Origin: Macrostomum lignano
Taxonomy: Eukaryota
Length of the DNA: 64,000 nt
NCBI GenBank assembly: GCA_002269645.1
Contig: NIVC01002165.1
Location: 1 to 64,000 of the forward strand
Direction: 5' to 3'
The notes beneath the pieces were generated by a model. It had not been told where the DNA came from and searched no databases. It was given only the letters and a program-made list of their open reading frames with translations. Position numbers and translations under genes: made by a program. Numbering within the stretch: position 1 is the stretch's first letter; each line of letters opens with the position of its first letter. This document shows, in pieces, positions 1 to 20,324 of the stretch.

Positions 1-54
1 CACAACTAGTTCCCGTTCCTAAATAATCCTACTACATTACAATTCAAAACGGGG

Positions 55-452
55 AAGCTACTAATTCCTAACTGGAAGGTACTAATTCTAACCGGAAGCT
101 ACTAATTCCTAACTGGAAGCTACTATTCCTAACCGGAAGTTATCAATTTAAAACGGAAGCTACTCAATTCCCAACCGGAAGCTACTAATTCCCAACCGGA
201 AGCTACTAATTCCTAACCGGAAGCTACTAATTCCTAACCGGAAGCTACTAATTCCCAACCGGAAGCTACTAATTCCTAACGCGGAAGCTACTAATTCCTA
301 ACCGGAAGCTACTCAATTCCCAACCGGAAGCTACTAATTCCAACCGGAAGCTACTAATTCCTAACCGGAAGCTACTAATTCCCAACCGAAGCTACTAATT
401 CCTAACCGGAAGTACCAATTCAAAAGGGAAGCTACTAATTCTTAACCGGAAG
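55..452. repeat. 21-bp minisatellite (ACCGGAAGCTACTAATTCCTA)n
   Basis: Direct tandem copies with frequent 1-bp indels. Confidence 0.9.
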
Positions 453-489
453 TTACCACTGGCAAAAACCGGAAGTTATAAGAGGTGCA

Positions 490-1762
490 AACAGGCGGCA
501 AGAGCAGTAGCGGAAATGCCAACCCCTCCGCCATCGGCAGGAAGCAGAGCAGCGGCGACCTGTACAGCCGGTTGAAGACACGGAAGCTGCTCGGTCGGCG
601 GCACTGATAAAAATGGCGGTGACGTGTACCGGTCCAAGCTCAGCCAGATCCTCGGCCACGGCGACCGCTACAGCGCCGGCTGCCACGCGGCGTCAGGGAG
701 TGGCAGCTGGCCTGCGCCCTGGCCTTCACCGCGCTGGCGCTGCTGGTGAGTGATCAAGATGGCGCATTAAAATCTGGGCTCAGAAGTGTCTGTCAGTGTA
801 GGAATTTCAGTTTCCTAAACTTGAGATGGCATGCAGCTTCTCAACTTTTGATTGTTAAATTGATTAAAACTTGTTCCACCAGCTATTGCTGTTGTTGTAT
901 TCCGATAAAAAATATGTAATTGTGCTAGGAATGAAGTCAAGCATAAGGACAACTAAGGCGCAAGGGGGTTGTAGCCTAGTGGTTAGAGAGTCGGTCTCGC
1001 GACTGAAAGGTCGGGGTTCGATTCCAGATCCCACTGGAACAATGTTGAGTCCTTGAGCAAGACACTTAATTCTGCATTGCTTCAGTTCACCCAGCTGTAA
1101 AATGGGTGCCAGCATTAGCTGGGGTAATTGAGGGTGTGTGGCGACCCCCCAGTCCTTGGATTGAACAGCCGTACGCAGCCGTAGAGCTGTCGGTTGCACA
1201 GTAATGTCGTGACAGACAAGAAGCGGTGAATTCCTAGAAACTATGGGAGGATAAGGTGAGACCGTGAGAGAATGGAAATTAGGTAAAAGGTTTGGGAGAA
1301 AATGGATGTAGAAAGCAAATAAAAAATGAGTCTCCAAAGCCGGGAGACCCTGACACGCGCGGGTGGTGGGCGGGCGGCCGCTCACAAGTCAGATTTTCAA
1401 TCGTCAGTCTGAGAAGTCCTGGAGTCCTCAGGCCAGTGTTGTGAGCCTTTCTCCTCCCTTTAGAGCCCCTAATTGAGTTGCTGGACAAGTCGAGCCCCTA
1501 CTCAGCTCCGCCGCGAAAGCGTTAAAGTGCAAGGTGAACAGGGCGGCGGCTTCTCGAGTGGAAAAACAATTTCCACTTCATTTGCGGAGCTAACGAATGC
1601 GGCAGCAGCTGGCATATCTGCATTTCTATCTAACTATCTATCCATATATCCATCTATCCATCTATCCATCTATTTATCTATCTATCCATCTATCCATCTA
1701 TCCATCTCTATCTATCTATCATCTATCTCTATCAATCTATCTATCTATCCATCTATCCATTC

Positions 1763-1809
<47 letters not shown>

Positions 1810-1822
1810 CATCTATCCATTC

Positions 1823-1914
<92 letters not shown>

Positions 1915-2817
1915 CTATCTATCTATCTATCTATCTATCTATCATCTATCTATCTATCTATCTATCCAATCAATAAAGCTATTACCAACTAATTCTGCGC
2001 ACACCGACAGACTTTGACCAAGCCCTCAATTCTGCTGCCAGTCGGTGAAGCAACGAGCCCAGCATCCAGGTGCCTGACCATCTGTCGACTCTACGGAGGC
2101 TGCCTTCTCGGTGAGGACAGACGTGTTTCATATCATATAGGAAAACTCAGTCCCACAGTTTCTGAGCAGATACCAACACAGGCTGCACAAATATTTCAGT
2201 GCTGTCCTGCGGTCTGTGGCTGGCTTGGCGGTCCCCAGATGTCGGCCCGGTCCGCTGCAGCCTTGTGGGCATCGCCGTCCTGCTTGCCATCCACCTGGCC
2301 GGTGAGCGGACTTAAGGACTGCCATCAATAAGCTCCCCCCATCTTCAGGCATATAAATCTACCATATACAGGCACTGTATTTCAAGGCCAGAGAGTCGCA
2401 ATTCATATCACTTGATGAATTTTAGTTCCGTTTAGCAACCATAGGGTATGAGGCCAGCTGACTCAACCGAGAGGCCGATTAATCACGCGCACGCACAAGA
2501 CTTAAGAACTTCTGCAGCCTCGTGGCAACCAGTGATCAGCCAGTCAATGCAAATTATAACTTTTAGAAAGCCAAGTTCCCTGTACGTGGGCATAATTCAC
2601 TTGTCAGAATGCACCTCAGCCCCCACAGCCAACCCTCCTGCTGCAGTGCTGCTCGGTCACGACCACCATGAGGTCGGTCGGCCTCTTCAAGCGGTTTGCT
2701 GTGCGCTGCCATCGGGTCAGCCGGGCTGGCAGTTCGGCTCAACCAGCTGCAGCCGCTGTGGTGACTCTGCCGGCCCAGCAGCCGATGATCTCATTGAAAC
2801 GAGCCATAGCGCTTTGA
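490..2817 (+). CDS. TP53I11: Tumor protein p53-inducible protein 11 (PIG11)-like membrane protein; 4 exons visible, reading frame broken by several small deletions
   Basis: Manual translation across frames: RKQSSGDLYSRLKTRKLLG..GTDKNGGDVYRSKLSQILGH..GVREWQLACALAFTALALL (exon to 745, donor GTGAGT); TLTKPSILL..ICRLYGGCLL (2011-2110); VLSCGLWLAW..VRCSLVGIAVLL (2200-2301); VTTTMRSVG..VSR (from 2647). As recalled, human TP53I11 has DLVSRLKTRKILGVGG..GEVHRSKISQVLG and PIRLYGGALL. Splice phases are compatible. No in-frame ATG found, so the start is probably upstream of the window. Confidence 0.8.
964..1200 (+). mobile_element. tRNA-derived CORE-type SINE, copy 1
   Basis: A-box TAGCCTAGTGG and B-box GGTTCGATTCC, followed by GTCCTTGAGCAAGACACTTAA..TTCAGTTCACCCAGCTGTAAAATGGG, which resembles the MIR CORE domain. 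A related copy is at 38079. Confidence 0.85.
1622..1968. repeat. (CTAT)n microsatellite, first visible TP53I11 intron
   Basis: Direct reading; explains the SIYL ORFs. Confidence 0.95.
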
Positions 2818-3387
2818 CATTTCAGCTTGTAATTTCAACTATCTGCAGCCTATTAATGCTGTTGCGTATATTTCTGGAAATTTGAATGCTAAAACTTGGG
2901 ATTGAGCAAAAAATAGCCTGCTCAGACCGAGCTTGCAGCCCAAGCTTTAAATGCTACAGCCCTCAGACCGTCATGGATATTCACGTGATATGCAATGGAA
3001 TTATTATAATTGAGGCCAATTAATTAATCGCAATTAATCGATTAATGCTGTTCAAATAAAAGCATTCCTAACTAAACTACCTGTCACTTTTTCAATATTG
3101 TCCCTTCTCGATCCCCTTGAGACGTTTGGCAATTCTTGTTTTCTTATCTTATACAACAACGCTCGTAACATGCATGTCGATGCACCACTCAACGATGTCC
3201 TTAAATGACAGAATATAAACTTAATAAAACGGCATAGTTTTCCTTTAGCTCGTAAACCCATTATTTTGATGTCAATGAGCATGAAATATATTACATTAAA
3301 AACTATTAGCAAGTGCTCTGGTGCAACACCGAGTGGCAATTGTTGACTTTTGTCGTGCAGTCAATCGGTCGATTTATCAAATAGGAG

Positions 3388-4966
3388 TCTTGCCTGTCTG
3401 TCTCCACTTCGGTGTGTCTCAGTGCCTGTCTGCCTCCACTTCGGTGTGTCTCGGTGCCTGTCTGCCTCCACTTCGGTGTGTCTCAGTGCCTGTCTGCCTC
3501 CACTTCGGTGTGTCTCGGTGCCTGTCTGCCTCCATTTCGGTGTGTCTCGGTGCCTGTCTGCCTCCACTTCGGTGTGTCTCAGTGCGTGTCTGCCTCCGCT
3601 TCGGTGTGTCTCAGTGCCTGTCTGCCTGCACTTCGGTGTGTCTCGGTGCCTGTCTGCCTCCACTTCGGTGTCTCGGTGCCTGTCTGTCTCCACTTCGGTG
3701 TCTCGGTGCCTGTCTGCCTCCACTTCGGTGTCTCGGTGCCTGTCTGCCTCCACTTCGGTGTCTCGGTGCCTGTCTGCCTCCACTTCGGTGTCTCGGTGCC
3801 TGTCTGCCTCCACTTCGGTGTGTCTCAGTGCCTGTCTGCCTCCATTTCGGTGTGTCTCGGTGCCTGTCTGCCTCCATTTCGGTGTGTCTCGGTGCCTGTC
3901 TGCCTCCACTTCGGTGTGTCTCAGTGCGTGTCTGCCTCCGCTTCGGTGTGTCTCAGTGCCTGTCTGCCTGCACTTCGGTGTGTCTCGGTGCCTGTCTGCC
4001 TCCACTTCGGTGTCTCGGTGCCTGTCTGTCTCCACTTCGGTGTCTCGGTGCCTGTCTGCCTCCACTTCGGTGTCTCGGTGCCTGTCTGCCTCCACTTCGG
4101 TGTCTCGGTGCCTGTCTGCCTCCACTTCGGTGTCTCGGTGCCTGTCTGCCTCCACTTCGGTGTGTCTCAGTGCCTGTCTGTCTCCACTTCGGTGTGTCTC
4201 AGTGCCTGTCTGTCTCCACTTCGGTGTGTCTCAGTGCCTGTCTGTCTCCACTTCGGTGTGTCTCAGTGCGTCTGTCTGCATTTCGGTGTGTCTCGGTGCC
4301 TGTCTGTCTCCACTTCGGTGTGTCTCAGCGCCTGTCTGTCTCCACTTCGGTGTTTCTCAGTGCCTGTCTGCCTCCACTTCGGTGTGTCTCAGTGCGTCTG
4401 TCTGCATTTCGGTGTGTCTCGGTGCCTGTCTGCCTCCACTTCGGTGTGTCTCAGTGCCTGTCTGTCTCCACTTCGGTGTGTCTCAGTGCGTCTGTCTGCA
4501 TTTCGGTGTGTCTCGGTGCCTGTCTGCCTCCACTTCGGTGTGTCTCAGTGCCTGTCTGTCTCCACTTCGGTGTGTCTCGGTGCCTGTCTGCCTCCACTTC
4601 GGTGTGTCTCGGTGCCTGTCCGCCTCCACTTCGGTGTGTCTCGTTGCCTGTCTGTCTCCACTTCGGTGTGTCTCAGTGCCTGTCTGCCTCCATTTCGGTG
4701 TGTCTCGGTGCCTGTCCGCCTCCACTTCGGTGTGTCTCGTTGCCTGTCCGCCTCCACTTCGGTGTGTCTCAGTGCCTGTCTGTCTCCACTTCGGTGTGTC
4801 TCGGTGCCTGTCTGCCTCCACTTCGGTGTGTCTCGGTGCCTGTCCGCCTCCACTTCGGTGTGTCTCGTTGCCTGTCTGTCTCCACTTCGGTGTGTCTCAG
4901 TGCCTGTCTGCCTCCATTTCGGTGTGTCTCGGTGCCTGTCTGCCTCCATTTCGGTGTGTCTCAGTG
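3388..4966. repeat. 32/30-bp minisatellite (CCACTTCGGTGTGTCTCGGTGCCTGTCTGCCT)n between converging TP53I11 and EIF1AD
   Basis: Roughly 50 tandem units; explains three ~555-aa spurious ORFs. Confidence 0.95.
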
Positions 4967-5367
4967 CCAGTCTTATCTGTGATCCCGCTGCTTGTCTGTC
5001 GAGCAAGTGCTGGTTGACCACCTATATAGATAAAATTTATCAAAACTTCAAGACGCGAAGGAGCAGATTTAAAACTCGCTAATCACACATTCGTACGAGC
5101 TATTAGCATCTATAACCGAATTCTGTTTACTTAAAGTAGCAATAGTGACAAATTTGAAGCAATACGAGCTAATCCGCATGCATGGCAGTACAACTATGAA
5201 TCAGATAATAGCATGTAAAATGCAATAATAAGACAAATCTGCAATATGGAGCGTATTGGCTGCACACCATGAATTCAGCAGTTAGGCACTGCGCATGCTT
5301 CACGGTTTTAAAATTGTAACTCTATCCAAATGTTCTTTGGTGATGCTGAAGAGCATCAAACTCGCAT

Positions 5368-5517
5368 CCTCACATCCGGATTCACACCCTCACATCCGGA
5401 TTCACACCCTCAGGCATCCGGATTCACACCCTTACGCATCCGGATTCACACCCTCAGGCATCCGGATTCACAACCTTACATCCGGATTCACACCCTCACG
5501 CATCCGGATTCACACCC
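5368..5517. repeat. 19-21-bp minisatellite (CATCCGGATTCACACCCT) overlapping the EIF1AD stop
   Basis: About 7 copies read directly. Confidence 0.9.
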
Positions 5518-5992
5518 GCGTCCAAGTCGTCCTCGCTCTCTGTATCGCTGGTCGGCGGCAGCATGTCGGCCGGCACGCCGCCGCAGGATTCAGCGCTGGC
5601 GGCGTCGTCCGAAGCAGCTGCCGCCGCCAGCCTGGCGAGGCCTTGACGGCCAGCCAAGTCAGGCAGGAAGGCCTCCGGCCAGGCGCCATTGCGAACCAGA
5701 TAGTCGATCTGATCGTTGAGCAACACGGCGGCGATCTCCGCGCGAACCCGGACGCCTTCGGCGATCGGCTCCGTGAGCACGAAGTCGCCGCGTTTGATCC
5801 ACACGTGGCGCCGGAACTTAGTCGGCATGGAGGCCAGGAAGGTCTCCCCTCGGCTGTTTGAACCTCGTGCAGATTGTTGCCGCGAGAGGCCAACACGCGG
5901 ACAACCTGCTGGCCCTTGGCCGGGTCCGGCAGACTGAAATTGTTCAGCACCTCGCGTTCCACGTGCTTCCGTTTGGTTGCTAGGGAAGTCAT
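5496..5992 (-). CDS. EIF1AD: Probable RNA-binding protein EIF1AD (eIF1A/S1-like domain), one 1-bp frameshift near 5848
   Basis: ORF 5510-5992 gives [39 protein letters not shown] 5496-5828 continues (ETFLAS)[39 protein letters not shown]. Both match the EIF1AD family as recalled (ATKRKHV..GNNLHEV..IWIKRGDF..WPEAF). One extra G in the GGGG run joins the two frames. Confidence 0.92.
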
Positions 5993-8451
5993 CGCGCTGG
6001 AGTCATGGTCGGGGTGGTTTGCACTGGGTGGGCAGAAAACGGTTTAGTGAGCCTAGCTGACCAGCCTAGGGAGATCAAAGCTTTATTGCATATAGTATTG
6101 ATTGATACTCAATTAGCAGATTTGGGCATTGAATAGGCTAGGAAAAGTCTGGACAAGTCCCCAAATTATTGTAACAAGATTGAGATCTAATATAGAAATG
6201 GCGTGCATAAAACAAATAATAAATCATTAATGCCACATACAGATAGTATTAGTAGACATCCTAGTGCAACACCTTTACTCTAGATATGGGACATGGGGGC
6301 TTTATTGAAGTCCCTAGGCTTAACTAAAGCAATTATATAAATTTTGATATTTTGTATGCAAGTGTGGTAGTGGGGACCAAGCAAGAAGCCATCAGCCCGG
6401 CAGAAGAGGAAGCAACCAAAGAAAAAGAGTCCAATGAAGAGGCGACGCTGCAAGCAACTCTAACAGCCGACAGCAAGCTAACAGAGCTGCACAAACCAGC
6501 CCACCATTCTCATTACTTGCAAGTGTTGCCCTACATATTGCCCTACATAGAGCCACCACGTACTAACTGAAGAAGACAAGGACAGAGACAGCAATAAATG
6601 GTGTAAAGAAATCAACAATCTTTGGGCGCATCAGCACCATGGCAACCAATTGAAGTAGCACTATGAGGATGCTATGAGCTCCAGACCCCAAGACAAGTTG
6701 CAGCCAACAGCAAATCTATTACCAAATATTATCAAATCTATGCATTCTATGACCCACCTGAAATCTAATATGATGTCTATTAATAATGGATCTGGATGAC
6801 ACAGCAACAAAGTCATTGCTCTCTTGCCAAAGAGTCTTGATTCCACAGTGTTCGCCAACCTTCCATGGATTGCTATACTGTGGACACATGAGACAAGATC
6901 TTATGACAGCTAAAGTGTACAAGAGATTCTGACAACCTGCAGTAGTATGGCAGTACTATTAAAATGCTACTATTTAAACACTACTATTAAAATGACAATA
7001 GTATTAAAATGTGACTATTAAAATGCTAATACTAAAATGACAGTAGTATTAAAATAGTAGTAACTAATAAAACCCTACTATTTAAATGATAGCATTATTT
7101 AAAGACTAGTAAAATGATATGATTCATTTTCTCCAAGCTGATTTTTCTGGCTGATTTCTCTAAGCATTTACTCTGGGCATTTACTCTGAGTATTTACTCT
7201 AGGCATTTACTTTGGCATTTACTCTGAGAATTTACTTTCGGCATTTTACTCTAAGTATTCCTTCCAAGCATTTACTCTAAGCATTTACTAAAGGCATTTA
7301 ATCTAGGCTAGGCCTTTCATTGGTTTAAATGTGTACATATGGGGATGGGGAATCTGTCACAACTTGCATGCATGATTGAAGTTCATATATTCTACAGTCT
7401 ATAGGCTAGGATAGGGCCATTTGAGCTGCAGGAATCTCAAGGCCAGTCAGAGTAAATACTGTTGATGTTTTGTATAACAAATTTGCTAAAAATACACTGT
7501 TAAATTTGGTACCAACTAAACTATGGAAATGGATTACTATTTTGCGGAATCAATGTGGATATAAATAGCAAATGTAGAAAATCTCCAGATTTAGTTCTGT
7601 CAAAACATTAATTTATATTCTGCTTTATATATAGTTCTATTTAATTTTTAGATAAATTAAATAAATTTTTCTTATTCAAATTTATTGTGAATAATGATGG
7701 AAAATTGTTGTCTCCATTTTCAAAAAAACAAATCACGAGCAAATCATCAAGAGATTTACATGTACTCTACGGAATTGGCACAGGTACATAAAAACAAGAA
7801 ACTAGTCAATCTAGACTTGAACTATCTAGTTGAACTATTTAGAATCCAAACTTAAACTTTATATACTTGGGGTCTCTGGAAATACACTATGTATGTACAT
7901 TGTACATACATTTTTCTATTAGGCCTATATCTAGTAACAAAATTAACTTCAAACCTAATCAAATTTCTTTTTTTATTATCAGTAGCATATCTCGGAGCAG
8001 CTTTACTTTTGAAAACAGAGAAAATGATTTTCTATCATTATTTCATAATAAATTTAAATGAGAACAATTTATCTAAAAATAGGGCCTAAATAGAAATAGA
8101 AATAAAGCAGATTATAAATCTATGTTATAACAGAACTAAATCTGGAGATTTTTTGCATCTACTATTTATATCCATATTGATTCTGCAAAATAGTAATCTG
8201 CATTTGTATCCATATTTTAGTATATAAATCCGTTCTATATCTGCATCCATTTCCGCAATTTAGTTTCTACCATTAAATTTTATTACCAAGAAAGCAAAAA
8301 ACCAAAAATTTCTTATATTACTAGGCAGATATTCAGTTGTTAAATTGCATTGACTAGTTTAACTTCTAAATTATATTTGGTCTAAGATGCCTAAGAGTAA
8401 GACTTATAGCTTTTATGTCTAAGTAGCAAAAAAGACACTAAATCCTGATAT

Positions 8452-8685
8452 CGGTGTAGGACCAAGACTGCCACACACCAAGACCACACTTGGGGAGCTA
8501 AGGGAGAAATTTGAATTTATGTATTATTAGATGGTGCTAGAGAGATGAGTAGGTAGGAGAGCCAGCAGCAAGAAAAGAACCTATGAGAGGAATAGCAATG
8601 CTAGAAGATTGGTAGCTCCCCCTCAATACCAGTAGCCAGTAATAGCTATGGTGGTCTTGGTATGTGGCGGTCTTAGTCATGCACC
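8452..8685. mobile_element. 234-bp MITE, GGTG termini, 8-bp TSD (Merlin/Mutator-like)
   Basis: TIR GGTGTAGGACCAAGACTGCCACACACCAAGACCAC versus reverse complement GGTGCATGACTAAGACCGCCACATACCAAGACCAC. Flanked by CTGATATC at 8444-8451 and 8686-8693. Confidence 0.8.
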
Positions 8686-9460
8686 CTGATATCTAGTCTT
8701 TTAAAAGACACTTTCAATATATTGAGATTGTCTAGAATAGACAACCTTTTTTCTTTCTCTAAATTATTTAATTTTAATTTTGACTTTTCAGGGAGTATTA
8801 TCTCCTTTTTAAGATATGTATAACTTCTTTAAAAAATATTCTAGGCTATTAAATAAAAATTAACAATAAGTAGGGGGCCTAGGCCTATTGTATCAATGCG
8901 AATGAGTTTTTATTGCCTACAAGGTACTTTTTGACTCATTTTAGCACATTTATCAAAAGCAAAATGAATACATTCCAAATCTGAAAAAGTAAAAAATAGA
9001 ATGTTTGCATGACATATCATCCTGGACTGCCAATGTGCCAATGAATAGAACTAACTGGAACAAGAGAGATTGGAGGAGACTACTACTAATGTTCTAACTA
9101 GATTAGCATTGGAGTTGTGATCTATGTAGCAGAACATGGTTACTTATAAAATTCAATAAATATTATTTAAAGATAAGCTAGACCTAAAGCTAGAAGGAAT
9201 TTCATTACCTGACAGGTGAATAACTAGGTCCACCACCACCAAAAGCGTCGCGCTTTCTTGTAATAGCTAGTTGCAATATACTGTGCAACACTTCACTTTG
9301 TGCAGTAAGAGTTTTTATTAGCTTTTAATTCTCTTTGAAATCTTTTTTTAAAACAACTATTTTTTCCGTCAGTGCTTTTCTTTAGGAAGTTTTGTTATAG
9401 CATTTAGCTTGGTTTATATTATAAATTTATTTACGCGCCCGAAAAGTTGCGTAACTGGTA

Positions 9461-11036
9461 CACCATTTTACCCTCGATTTTGAACAAGGAGAACTTCGAA
9501 ACTGACAAACTCCTCTTCAATATTGACACTCTATGGTCGGGCACTCAAAATCTACAATCAATATTGACAGATCAAGCTTCAATTTTGACAAACTCTGGTT
9601 CAATTTTGACAATACACGTTTAGTCAACTTCTCCTGGGAGAATTCGGTAACAAAGTAATCAAATGAAAGCCTGAACGGGGCGAAAGTTATCTGTGCAAAA
9701 TCAGCTGATTCTGACTTTTGGGATCTACAAGTTTTGATAAAAAAATTTTCTCCATCCTTTTACACACAGAGACTAAAATAGCCTGACTGGTTGGGCCGCA
9801 AAGTCCGATTCTATTTTGACAGAGTTGCTTCAAAACTGACACTCTATGGTTTGTGTACCCGAAAAGTCCGCTTCATTTTTGACAACTCCTAATCAATATT
9901 GAACAGTTTACAATCAGTTTTGACTGCTACCTTATTACTTCTGTTCTTGGTTGTGTATGTTTCAGAAAAAAGCCGTAAACACGTAGCATTGTTAAAGATT
10001 CAAAAGAAGTATTGTACTTGTATTTTTAATAACACGCATTTGTTAGATTTCTAGGTTAGGTTAAGTATCTGGACATGGGCGGCGGGAGCTTGCGGCACCC
10101 CCTGCACGATTTCATGTGCCATGGTCCTCCTCCTCTTTATCCCCAACTGATTCACCAGGTGCACAAAGTCGTCTCGGTTCTCATAAGCAGAAATCAGGCG
10201 CTGTCGGTCCTGGAAGGACACAGACCGATTTTCGTGGCGGCCATGCTGTTTCTGCTCCTCTTCAAAAAACCTTAAGTGGCGTCGCTATCAATCCTCCCGA
10301 CTAAATTGGTGCTTCAGATTAGCGATGAAAAGTGACAAACACGAGCAGAGCGAGAACTGCTTTCCTGCTCTTTTGAATTCCTCCGTGACAAGATGTGCAT
10401 TCGTTGGTCTGACCAACCATCTATGATAAAAACTGAAACGTAGCCAATTAGATTCGAGGTACAGGCTGCCTCAAGACATGGACAAAAAACAAACTGCCAT
10501 AGACAAAAGACTGCCTCGAAATTTCCAAGCTTAAGGGTTCTTAGTTAGAATTGTCAAAATCTTAAGCAAAAAGTCAAAACTGATTGTAAACTGTTCAATA
10601 TTGATTAGGAGTTGTCAAAAATGAAGCGGAGTTTTGGGGTACACAAACCATAGAGTGTCAGTTTTGAAGCAACTCTGTCAAAATAGAATCGGACTTTGCG
10701 GCCCAACCAGTCAGGCTATTTTAGTCTCTGTGTGTAAAAGGATGGAGAAAATTTTTTTATCAAAACTTGTAGATCCCAAAAGTCAGAATCAGCTGATTTT
10801 GCACAGATAACTTTCGCCCCGTTCAGGCTTTCATTTGATTACTTTGTTACCGAATTCTCCCAGGAGAAGTTGACTAAACGTGTATTGTCAAAATTGAACC
10901 AGAGTTTGTCAAAATTGAAGCTTGATCTGTCAATATTGATTGTAGATTTTGAGTGCCCGACCATAGAGTGTCAATATTGAAGAGGAGTTTGTCAGTTTCG
11001 AAGTTCTCCTTGTTCAAAATTGAGGGTAAAATGGTG
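9461..11036 (-). mobile_element. Internally deleted Tc1/mariner (ITm)-type DNA transposon with ~465-bp TIRs
   Basis: 9461-~9925 is the near-perfect reverse complement of ~10572-11036, with TA on both sides. The minus-strand interior ~10244-10070 reads SVSFQDRQRLISAYENRDDFVHLVNQLGIKRRRTMAHEIV, resembling an IS630/Tc1 N-terminal HTH. No DDE domain. Confidence 0.8.
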
Positions 11037-12664
11037 TAGCTTTGAGGCTCTTCATATTGCTTGTTCTGGTTCTAGAACCAGAACCAATTTGTAAAGTATA
11101 ACTTTTTGTCTCCTATACTAGAGGGATATTAGTGCTTTAAAATTGTGATTATTGATGGCAATAGCCAAGAAGAAAGTGAAAAATTGTGCAAAGTGAGGCT
11201 GTTAAGGCGGTCAAACATTCAACAAAGTTAAAAAGTTATACTGCTTTTTTCTTGGAAATCCGAACCGATTCTGGTTCTGGAATCGATTGCCGTGAAAAGC
11301 CTCTTTCACAAACTTGTAACATCACATAGTATAAAGCTAAAATTGTTGGTCAATTTGAATTTGCTCGAAACTTCATATCGTCGAAAAGGCATCCATAGAA
11401 CTCTTTTAGTTAAGTCGTAAGCCAGTGGAAGTGCCCAACAAGACTCTGACAATGTGAAGTTCTTGTAAAATTGTCTTACGACCATTAGTAGTTTTGACCT
11501 TACGAAGCCCCACGTATCCATGGGATAAGGATACACCTCTTGAATTTCAAAGGAGTTATCAAATTTGGCATTGATTTTTAATAAATCCAAGTTTTTTATT
11601 TCAAAAACTTATCACAGATACATGTAGGTAACTCGCAAATGAATGCAACGGAAACTGAGAATCTCCTTGACCGTTTGACTCTAAATGTAGTTCTGAAATA
11701 AAAATTATAGTAATTAAAAACAATTTTATACGAAGTCACTTTCGACAGCACTTTTTATGGGCGATACACTTTACTGCTTTGAAATAAAATTATAGCGCAC
11801 AGGTTCAAGAATCTAAATGTTTGTATGGATTTTATTTAGAGGCAAAAAAGCGCGACAACAGGCGACACGGTACAACAAGTGACAAATAATGAGAATGCGC
11901 TGTGCAAGCAAACGGAGTCGCGGAGAAATAAAATCATATCAGTATTGTTTGTTTTGTATCTAACGCAAAAACATGTCCAATATTGAAAGCCCGATGGTTA
12001 AGACGCTATGAGAGAGTAGAGCAATGCGCAGTCTATTAATGCAAGACAGATGACCATCTAGTGCGGCTCATTCAAAATGTGCTTTGAAAAGCAGGAGTGT
12101 GCAGTGCAGCCAATCCAAATATAGCGTTAAAAAAGCAAATCAATAAACGGGTGAACAGCATCTGAGCGCCACACCAATCTACATGTAGGCCACGCTCCGA
12201 TGCCGTTGACAGCCGGAACGCATCAACCGAAAACGTACTGAATGGTATTAAACGACAATAAACAAAACGGAATAGTCAAGAGCTGCATGCAAATCAGTAC
12301 TAAACATGGTGCCATCAATAATGGTCAGGAATAAAATCCAAAAGTGCATGCCTCTGTGTAAAATTAATCAAACTATATGTCACCAATAACAGCCGCGATT
12401 GGTAGTCCTTGATATAAGCGCAGATGTTTAATAGGAATTTAGGCGGTGAAAACAAAATGAAACCGAAAAATGCTGCGTTCCTACTTTCTAATAGTAGTAG
12501 TAGTATGTATGTATGTAGTAGCAGTATATAAAAATAGCAGAGGACAGAAGAAATGACAATTAACGATAATTAGACATACAGAGAAACTAGAATTGAAGTT
12601 GCAGAAAAGAAAATAATGCTAGGAATAAAGTTAATAATTCAAGTATGGCAAAGTTATTTAAACG

Positions 12665-20069
<7,405 letters not shown>

Positions 20070-20324
20070 TTCTTAATGTCCTTTTTTTGAATTGGAATTG
20101 TTATTAAAACAATTTATTTAACTGGCAGCCCAACAATGGGCATGCGAGGCCTCTATTTAGTTGTCACGGACAGGCTGCGACTGGTCTCCCGCAGGTTGGG
20201 CCGGGCGATCTGCTTTGCCGATGATGGCAGGCATGAAAAAATCAAATTGGCGCGTTGGTGGCATCCCCTGCTGACACTGACTACTGACACACTATCGAAA
20301 GGTAATTGGCAATAAGCTCTGGAC

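Noticed and set aside
964-1050. tRNA gene
   Set aside because: A and B boxes are present but run into a CORE-like body, and a second full copy exists, so this is a SINE head.
3321-5082. Three overlapping ~555-aa ORFs, and similar long repetitive ORFs at 12890-14003, 30004-31222, 32279-33131, 34983-35760 and 36339-37602
   Set aside because: They are translations of stop-free minisatellites, open in several frames at once, and most lie inside introns of well-supported genes.
6400-6950. Possible degenerate retroelement pol fragment
   Set aside because: Only vague similarity in broken frames, with no diagnostic RT or integrase motif.
11044-11303. Possible small MITE (GAGGCT.TTCA termini, AGAACCAGAA inverted motifs)
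   Set aside because: The inverted similarity is patchy and no TSD could be read.
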